A stretch of 8,145 bases of DNA, from the NCBI GenBank assembly GCA_018985225.1, contig JADGIF010000462.1, forward strand, positions 1-8,145, given 5' to 3'. A program made the translations under genes and the position numbers. This DNA is from Amoeboradix gromovi X-113 (lineage: Eukaryota; Fungi; Sanchytriomycota). The notes below the pieces were generated by a model. It saw only the letters and a list, made by a program, of their open reading frames with translations. It did not search any database and was not told where the DNA came from. Shown piece by piece: positions 1 through 6,145 of the stretch (positions are counted from its first letter, which is position 1; every line of letters starts with the position of its first letter).

Positions 1-105
1 CGAGGGTGGTCTGCTCTCTTCATCAGCGGAATTGCGCTCTCTTTTCATGTTTTGTAAGTGGCAATCCTCTTCTTTCAACTCGGATTGAATTGTATTTGAA
101 ATCAT
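1..105 (-). CDS. Probable 5' end of a gene running off the left edge (hypothetical protein, charged N-terminus)
   Basis: Minus-strand frame open from ATG 105 to base 1: MISNTIQSELKEEDCHLQNMKRERNSADEESRPPS. The second ATG at 48 (MKRERNSADEESRPPS) is an alternative start and resembles a disordered, NLS-like N-terminus. Only 35 codons are visible. Confidence 0.4.
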   Translation of the reverse strand, partial: MISNTIQSELKEEDCHLQNMKRERNSADEESRPPS

Positions 106-145
106 AAAGTCAATAGTTACCGTGCAAATCTAAAATAAAGACTGG

Positions 146-544
146 ATGAAAGAGCAAGAGAATAGCTCTACAGAATATTTATTTTTGAAATTTCGATACA
201 AATTGTCTAGTCTAGTTTTTACAGAGCATGTCCCGTATGTTCATAAAAGTGGCTATTCGAATTGGTTGAATAATAGTACAAGCTATGATGGTATTGTGTT
301 ATATGCAACTAAAGCAGTTTGTGCAATTTCTGAAGCATCTACTATTAGAGTTGGTTTTACAAATCATACCTAACATGTAGAAAGTTTAATATTAAATGGA
401 AGAGTTGATAGACAAGATGATTCATTTAAATTATCAGATGTAACGGAGGGAGTTTGGAGTGAAGAGGTTTTGATGGTTATTTTGCAATCTTACGAAAATG
501 ATGGGTCTGGAAAGCATTTAAAGTTCAAAATACTGGTTGAATAG
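146..544 (+). pseudogene. Possible decayed gene: 75-codon ORF, one in-frame TAA (371-373), then 56 more open codons
   Basis: After the TAA the same frame reads HVESLILNGRVDRQDDSFKLSDVTEGVWSEEVLMVILQSYENDGSGKHLKFKILVE to TAG 542-544. No family recognised. Confidence 0.35.
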
Positions 545-1032
545 ATTTTTTATCAAATTAAGTTTCTCGATTCATTTGTCATCTTTTTTATGGCAACTCT
601 TTTAAGCACAGTTAGTCTAATTATTACATTTGAATTGTAATAGTATATTCAAAGTCATTTAGAAACACACAGAATAGAGATATAAATTCGAAAAAGTGAT
701 CTCTAGATATTCTCACTTTAACATTTCAGAAACATCAATTTTGCAAATTATTAGAATTTCAAGTTACTTTTGTTTTTAGTAAGTCTATAGCGACCTTATG
801 GGTAGCATGGAACATATACATCTACACATCCTAATTCAATCCATCTCAGGGACCGGAATTGTTAGCAAAAACTGTTAGCTTTCCCATGAAAATCGGTTTC
901 CTCATAAATCAGGGGTTTTAATTCGTATACAAACTAGTGACAAAAGTTCAAGGGTCAAAGCGTTAGTTGATATTGTTTTGGGATTCGCTAAGTCTGAAAA
1001 AGATATTTATCACTTCAATGAAACGATATAGG

Positions 1033-1038
1033 TTTATT
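1033..1038 (-). terminator. AATAAA polyadenylation signal abutting the channel gene stop codon
   Basis: Minus strand reads GAT TGA AATAAA CC, with the hexamer directly after TGA (1041-1039). Confidence 0.65.
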
Positions 1039-2628
1039 TCAATCAACTCTTAAGAAATTACTATTTTGCTGAGGTCGCAACGCATTTAGTTTTTCAACCG
1101 AGTTTGCTAAACTTTCCTGCGGAGTATAAAATGGCGTCGCGATGCTAGTAGGCACAAGACATCGTTTAGATAGTTTTACGTTCTCATCCCTTTCTTTTAT
1201 CTTGGCTAATCTTTCTTCGGCCACTTTTTCTAATTTTGTAACTAGTTCAGGGAAGAACAACATGGTCCTCGTTAGGTCTATGTCTCTTAAATAGTATACA
1301 TCGACATAGGATTTAGCGCGAATGCTTGCAGTTCTGTTAGTTTCTAAAATCAGCGCAATCTCACCAAATCCCATTCCGGCTCCCATGGTATCAAATATTT
1401 TAGTGCAGTCGGAATTGCAGACTTCTACTTCACCATGTACAATTGTATACATTTCGTGGCCAATGTCTCCTTGATAAAATATGATATCACCAGGCAAAAA
1501 GAATTTTGGCTTCATTTGACCTGCCACAGCACGGTAAAACGTTTCTGAAAATCCTTCAAAGATGCTGATTTTACGCAATGCATTAACATTGGCTAAGTAT
1601 AAGATATCGGTTCTATAAGCGTGAGGTAATTCCATTAGAAGTGCTTCAAAGTCAATACCTCTGTTTCTGCGCCAATACTCGTTGTAAAAGTTTATTGACT
1701 TCTGCTGCATTGGTTTTGATATGTTACCCATTTTCAAGTATTTTATTAAGCTAATAACTCTTTCGTGAATCGCAATGAATCGTTGCTTTGCATTGGCCAA
1801 ATCTGAAGTCACAATTGCAATGGTGTATCCAGTGATTAAATTGCCGCTTATCATCAATATGCAGCAAAATATTCGTTCTTTTGAGTTCACAGGGTATATT
1901 TCACCGTATCCTACGGTTGCTACAGATCCAATTACAAAATACAAACTAGTTATAAACTGCGACTCTAGGGAAAGAGTGTAAAATGGCACTCTTTTTATTG
2001 TCCCAGTCCAGTTTCCAATTGTATCATTCTGGCTCTGACACAAAGTATCCCAGCATCCCATCATATACCAAGCACAACTGCTGTAAAGAATATATAGAGC
2101 TAGCAATAGTGAAAATTTTAACAACTTGATAGAAAACCCGGCATTGAGCTCCTGTTCTTTGTTTTTAAAATACAGATAAACCTTAAAAACACGGCATAAT
2201 CTGTTCAATCTGAAAAACGCCTGATATTGAAAACTAACTAATCCTGAAAACCAGGCTATTGGAACACTACCAATAACATCCATCCAAAATCCGTGGTCTT
2301 TATATTGTGTATTAAAAATCTCATTCTGATTAACTACCCACTTTCCCGTCTTGTCTAAAAATGCAGTTTTTAAACTGACAAATAAATCTATAATGAATAT
2401 AACATCTAATGCAACACTGATAAATTCAAGGAATTGGTATGAAATCCCATAAGCTATAATGACAGGGGTGCTAACTACAGTAAAATAAACGCTTAGAATT
2501 ACCAGTTGTGTCCATCTTACATATCCAATATTATTAGGAATGAATATGACATACCTGATCTTTTTTATTATGCTCAATCTTTTAGGTTTTAGTTCTACAA
2601 CTCCATTTGAAAAATTAATGTCAAACAT
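1039..2628 (-). CDS. Cyclic-nucleotide-regulated potassium channel (6-TM + C-linker + CNBD; CNG/HCN/KCNH superfamily), 529 aa
   Basis: Pre-S1 motif IFIPNNIGYVRW; S2 DVIFIIDLFVSLKTAF; S3 FWMDVIGSVP; S4 RLNRLCRVFK; pore SLYFVIGSVATVGYGEIYP; C-linker YWRRNRGIDFEALLMELP; CNBD FLPGDIIFYQGDIGHEMY...GFGEIAL...NRTASIRA. The track start at 2658 is TTG; the first in-frame ATG is 2628. No intron needed. Confidence 0.95.
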   Translation of the reverse strand: MFDINFSNGVVELKPKRLSIIKKIRYVIFIPNNIGYVRWTQLVILSVYFTVVSTPVIIAYGISYQFLEFISVALDVIFIIDLFVSLKTAFLDKTGKWVVNQNEIFNTQYKDHGFWMDVIGSVPIAWFSGLVSFQYQAFFRLNRLCRVFKVYLYFKNKEQELNAGFSIKLLKFSLLLALYILYSSCAWYMMGCWDTLCQSQNDTIGNWTGTIKRVPFYTLSLESQFITSLYFVIGSVATVGYGEIYPVNSKERIFCCILMISGNLITGYTIAIVTSDLANAKQRFIAIHERVISLIKYLKMGNISKPMQQKSINFYNEYWRRNRGIDFEALLMELPHAYRTDILYLANVNALRKISIFEGFSETFYRAVAGQMKPKFFLPGDIIFYQGDIGHEMYTIVHGEVEVCNSDCTKIFDTMGAGMGFGEIALILETNRTASIRAKSYVDVYYLRDIDLTRTMLFFPELVTKLEKVAEERLAKIKERDENVKLSKRCLVPTSIATPFYTPQESLANSVEKLNALRPQQNSNFLRVD

Positions 2629-2689
2629 CAAAAAAACAAAGATCAAGGGATAAAACAAAATAAATTTGTTTCCTTATCACTGTGTTCGG

Positions 2690-2792
2690 TTGTAATTATT
2701 ACAAAATTGGTTTCGATAGCGGATTGGGTGAGTGCTTGCAAATTAATAACTAATGATTGGCTGCAACTTCTCATAAGTTCTCCAATTCCAAT
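2690..2792. promoter_or_regulatory. Putative bidirectional promoter with a CCAAT-box cluster and a dyad element
   Basis: 173-nt gap between divergent ATGs at 2628 and 2802. ATTGG at 2706-2710, 2723-2727 and 2756-2760; CCAAT at 2782-2786 and 2788-2792; inverted repeat TTGTAAT-T-ATTACAA at 2690-2704. Confidence 0.5.
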
Positions 2793-2801
2793 GTACCTGA
2801 A

Positions 2802-3023
2802 ATGTCGGATACTTTTAACAAATTGAAAAGTAAAAAGAAAGAGTACGACTCTGATCCAATGGCATTTGTGACTCACGAGTTGAAAAATCAAATGCATTCT
2901 CAATCGAATTCATCTGAGAGCTCAGGTGGTGATTCCAATCATTCAGGAAACCACTCAGGGGACATCAAGTCGCAAGTGCAGAACATGATCAAGGACGAGC
3001 TAAAAAAGAAATTGCATCATTAA
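2802..3023 (+). CDS. Small hydrophilic Ser/Lys/His/Gly-rich hypothetical protein (73 aa, hydrophilin-like composition)
   Basis: The track start at 2757 is TTG; the first in-frame ATG is 2802 in context GAA-ATG. Reads MSDTFNKLKSKKKEY...KDELKKKLHH, with strongly biased composition. Stop TAA overlaps AATAAA (3023-3028). Confidence 0.7.
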   Translation: MSDTFNKLKSKKKEYDSDPMAFVTHELKNQMHSQSNSSESSGGDSNHSGNHSGDIKSQVQNMIKDELKKKLHH

Positions 3024-3332
3024 ATAAATCTATATGGCTAACATGCTGTTATTCTTAAATTCCCTGGTCTCTAAATTCTAGAAATGTAGTATATCTTACC
3101 CAGATGATATTTTTCGTGTCTGATGACAATCTTGTTAAAGCAGTTCGATGCTAAATAATGATCATTCAAGCATGACCAGCATATCCATGGTATTAACTTA
3201 AGATCTACTTTTAGATCTTTGATTAAATAATTTGCATTTGATATTTGGATTTAGTATTAGCTTTGCAAATAGTGTAAATGTTTTTAAATTTAAGAGCAAA
3301 ATTCTAAATAATGCTTCTATTGTACCTTTTAA

Positions 3333-3611
3333 ATGAGGTTTCTCGTGGCTTTTACTAGAGCTACCATCGCTAACCATAAGAATTAGAGAAATCATGTTGT
3401 ATTTTCACTCGCTTCAGGTGATGGCTACTTCTTTGCTCTATATCACAACAATAGTCAAGAGTTGTGTATATTAGCTGCTAATGATTCCGTCATCATAACT
3501 ACTATCATAGCCACTAAAAGAATTAACGAACTGCAAAGAACTAGGTTACTTTCTGCATATTCTTCTTTAGTAATTAGAATAATTCTACTTAAATTGCTGA
3601 ATTTTGCATGA
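3333..3611 (+). pseudogene. Possible interrupted ORF (one in-frame TAG at 3384-3386), or an orphan 3' exon
   Basis: ATG 3333 MRFLVAFTRATIANHKN*RNHVVFSLASGDGYFFALYHNNSQELC...LLKLLNFA to TGA 3609-3611; 74 open codons without ATG after the TAG. The TAG is preceded by GCTAAC (3369-3374), a branch-point-like motif. Confidence 0.25.
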
Positions 3612-3659
3612 AATGGGTAAAATCTCCAAATGGGGGGATATAAAACTAAAGAGATTTAA

Positions 3660-4031
3660 ATGACCGATAATCAAGGATATTCAGTACCACCTGTATTGAT
3701 ATTTGCAATTGTAGCAGCCATCTTCGTGCTTTCTTTTGCAACAGTTTTTACGTTCAAGCACTTTAAAGCAAAACGTGCTGAAAGAAGAAAAGATGATGAA
3801 CAAATACAGCAAAGTATTCCGATGGCTACAGTGGCAGACTCTGAAAGAATCCCGGAGCAAGAACAAATTATCAGTGAAAGCAGAAAGGCTGATCATAAGG
3901 ATAGTAACGAACTGCTCCCTGTGGAACAAAATGAAAACAGAAAATCAATTTACGATACCGAATTTTATGTTTCCAAAAGTAGAGAACCTTTCTTTCGCAA
4001 CGATTCAGATGAAGAAGAAACTAAGCAATAA
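3660..4031 (+). CDS. Single-pass membrane protein (signal-anchor) with charged, disordered C-terminal tail, 123 aa
   Basis: Hydrophobic segment VLIFAIVAAIFVLSFATVFTF followed by basic KHFKAKRAERRK (positive-inside rule, so C-terminus cytosolic), then an E/D/Q/S/K-rich tail. AATAAA at 4059-4064. Confidence 0.85.
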   Translation: MTDNQGYSVPPVLIFAIVAAIFVLSFATVFTFKHFKAKRAERRKDDEQIQQSIPMATVADSERIPEQEQIISESRKADHKDSNELLPVEQNENRKSIYDTEFYVSKSREPFFRNDSDEEETKQ

Positions 4032-4079
4032 CATAAAAACATTTACCGAATTTAATTGAATAAACCATTTATCGTGATT

Positions 4080-4390
4080 ATGTTAGTTGTATGGCTAAGT
4101 AGTCTTATTTTCTAGGCTTCGTAGTGTCATGTATCTCCAGTCAACATAGCCAGAATGTTCCAAATTCAAATCATCAATGGGGGATACAAAATGCATTCTT
4201 CTACTTCCAAAAATGGTCCAACAATGAAACCATTTTCCAAATAAAAGAAAGGACATTGGCAGAATGTAATGAAGAATTTATTACTCAAAGATATGCTTTT
4301 TGTAGCACTTTGAAGGAGCACAGCTTGGAGACACAAGCACGCATAAACTGTTATTTGAAAAGTGGATATAGACCTCATTGCAACAAGTAA
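4080..4390 (+). pseudogene. Frameshifted small secreted Cys-containing protein (~103 aa if repaired)
   Basis: ATG 4080 gives MLVVWLSSLIF then TAG. One extra T in the T4 run at 4108-4111 joins it to the long frame ending at TAA 4390, giving signal-like MLVVWLSSLIFLGFVVSCISSQ, four downstream Cys and an N-E-T sequon. Confidence 0.45.
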
Positions 4391-4549
4391 GACATGCTTG
4401 AAATACAGGTATCAATTTTTAGACCCGCTTTACGGTAGTAAAAGATTGAGCAAGACTACTTTAATGGGAGGATCAAGCTATGTCACAAATTTCCGAAATA
4501 CCATTTGCACGTGTTTTCTTACTGCTATCTATGAGGAATAATTCCGAAA

Positions 4550-4870
4550 ATGGTTAATATCCCAAAGACTAAAAACACTTTCTGTCCTTCCAAAGTATGT
4601 CAAAAACACACTCCACACAAAGTTGCTCAATACAAAAAAGGTAAAGATAGCATCTGGGCTCAAGGTAAGCGTCGTTATGATAGAAAACAAAGTGGTTTTG
4701 GTGGCCAAACTAAACCTATTTTTAGAAAGAAGGCAAAGACAACTAAAAAGATTGTTTTAAGAATGGAATGTACAGCGTGCAAATATAAGCATCAATGCGT
4801 TATTAAAAGATGTAAACATTTCGAGTTGGGTGGAGATAAAAAGATGAAAGGTGCTGCGTTAGTCTTTTAA
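4550..4870 (+). CDS. RPL42: 60S ribosomal protein eL42 (L44e/L36a), 106 aa, intronless
   Basis: MVNIPKT start, zinc-ribbon Cys pairs C12/C17 and CTAC, hallmark [47 protein letters not shown], and fungal-type end KGAALVF. Confidence 0.99.
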   Translation: MVNIPKTKNTFCPSKVCQKHTPHKVAQYKKGKDSIWAQGKRRYDRKQSGFGGQTKPIFRKKAKTTKKIVLRMECTACKYKHQCVIKRCKHFELGGDKKMKGAALVF

Positions 4871-4874
4871 TAAA
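4869..4874 (+). terminator. AATAAA polyadenylation signal overlapping the eL42 stop codon
   Basis: TTT TAA TAAAC: the hexamer shares two bases with stop TAA 4868-4870. Confidence 0.65.
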
Positions 4875-5270
4875 CAATCTTTATTCTAGCATGCTTGAAA
4901 TTGTAATTTCCACTTCAAATCTATTCTTCTCAAAACTGTTGCTTTTCCTTAGCCTACAATCACACTGGGTGTTAATATGCATCATATCTTGAGAGCGAGA
5001 TACTCAAAAGGATTAATTGATGGTCAGCACTTACAAGAAACCTGAAGGGTAAGACATGAACCTTGATGCAAAAATTCCTTGAGCACACCAGTTATGTGCA
5101 TTAACCAAAATTCCTCAGTTTATGATTGCATGACTATTTGAAGTTTTAGTTTTTATAAAAATCTTGTTATGAAATAATATTACTAAAATCATAAATCCAA
5201 TCACCTGATGGTTGCAAGGTCTGGCAATCAAATTAAAACCTTCAAATATCACCACTAGAATTTAATTGGT

Positions 5271-5645
5271 ATGCTCCTCACAGTTTCGATTGTTACAGCT
5301 CTTTTACCATCACCAACTTCAATGTCCAAGGTACCAAATATTCCCTCTGCAAGCGTATCGAAGCTAAAATCAACCAACTCTAGTAATGATACAAATATAC
5401 CACCTATAAATACAGATGGAACTCAGACATCTCCTTCCGCCATGGATATTAATGACTTCTTGACGTCAACAATAGGATCGCCTATGGATGTTTATAACTT
5501 TCTTACCAACAATGAAACAAATAGTACAACGGAATTAGCCGCTGATGATGCAAGTGCTACAGGTGTCACTAAAGATCCCAGTCTATCTGCTGCAGCTACG
5601 ATTGGCTGCGCTATTGTGTATTATACAGCGATAATGTTGAATTGA
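5271..5645 (+). CDS. Probable GPI-anchored Ser/Thr/Pro-rich cell-surface glycoprotein, 124 aa
   Basis: Short N-terminal hydrophobic leader MLLTVSIVTALL; mucin-like S/T/P/N body with N-x-S/T sequons; small residues DASATG, a spacer, then terminal hydrophobic AAATIGCAIVYYTAIMLN with no cytosolic tail. AATAAA at 5654-5659. Confidence 0.8.
   Translation: MLLTVSIVTALLPSPTSMSKVPNIPSASVSKLKSTNSSNDTNIPPINTDGTQTSPSAMDINDFLTSTIGSPMDVYNFLTNNETNSTTELAADDASATGVTKDPSLSAAATIGCAIVYYTAIMLN
5436..5519 (+). repeat. Degenerate 42-nt (14-aa) tandem duplication inside the GPI-type gene
   Basis: SAMDINDFLTSTIG / SPMDVYNFLTNNET; ATGGAT at 5442 and 5484. Confidence 0.6.
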
Positions 5646-5811
5646 TGTCAACAAATAAAATTTTTATAGCCCAAACCACTTCAAACCTCTTTGCTTCATA
5701 TTATTTTCTTAATTACATTATTAGGTATATCGTACAAAAATCAGACATCATTCTAAAACAAGATTCAATAAGACAGAACTAGCCGGGTAGAAAACTCCCA
5801 TATTTTATCAT

Positions 5812-6120
5812 TTATGGTACACTCAAGCGCCGTTTGTCTCCAGTTTCTCTTCTATGCCAGTCTGGTCTTTCATCATGGTAAAGCTGACACTTTATCACTT
5901 GACTATTGCTGTAAAAAGCAGTCACAACTCTGTTCTTTATTACTTCGCAGTTGTTAAATTAGATTAATCTTAAATCTCTGAATTCAATAAAATTAGTCGT
6001 CATTCCTATGACAGCTTTAGAAGTCTCTGAATGTTTAAAGTGAGGAATAAGCAACACAAATCTTTCAAAACAGGTTCGTACCCTAATTCTTGTGTTATAT
6101 ACCACATTGCCCAAGTTATA
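5812..6120 (-). pseudogene. Possible decayed ORF: 53 open codons, TAA (5961-5959), 48 more open codons
   Basis: ...VIGMTTNFIEFRDLRLI*FNNCEVIKNRVVTAFYSNSQVIKCQLYHDERPDWHRRETGDKRRLSVP*; ATG at 6003. No family recognised. Confidence 0.2.
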
Positions 6121-6145
6121 TTAACCAAGGTTATGCTGGTATAAT

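Noticed and set aside
760-1010. Protein-looking minus-strand frame downstream of the channel
   Set aside because: About six stops in under 90 codons, as expected for random AT-rich sequence.
1775-1981. 68-aa plus-strand ORF
   Set aside because: Antisense shadow of the channel CDS; no motif.
2629-2658. TTG-initiated N-terminal extension of the channel (and TTG/GTG starts at 2757, 4124, 6090)
   Set aside because: Artefact of prokaryote-style start calling; the DNA is eukaryotic and in-frame ATGs exist for the real genes.
2643-2903. 86-aa minus-strand ORF as an upstream channel exon or separate gene
   Set aside because: Overlaps the better-supported 2802-3023 gene and the promoter, is in a different frame from the channel, and the channel is already complete from ATG 2628.
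3200-3219. Hairpin AAGATCTA-CTTT-TAGATCTT
   Set aside because: An 8-bp AT-rich stem is expected by chance, and bacterial-type terminators are irrelevant here.
3639-3645. TATAAAA as a canonical TATA box
   Set aside because: Only 14 nt from the ATG; normal TATA-to-TSS spacing would place the start site inside the CDS.
3681-4059. Alternative-frame ORFs 3681-3929 (-) and 3736-4059 (+)
   Set aside because: Both overlap the membrane-protein gene, which has coherent topology; they show no independent features.
3198-4378. Minus-strand ORFs 3198-3395 and 4166-4378
   Set aside because: Short, no recognisable motif or stop-linked AATAAA; the second is antisense to the better-supported secreted-protein frame.
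146-6120. Stop-codon reassignment (TAA/TAG = Gln) or context-dependent stops explaining the interrupted ORFs
   Set aside because: eL42 ends with TAA exactly at its conserved C-terminus, and the 529-aa and 522-aa genes contain many Gln codons but no internal TAA/TAG.
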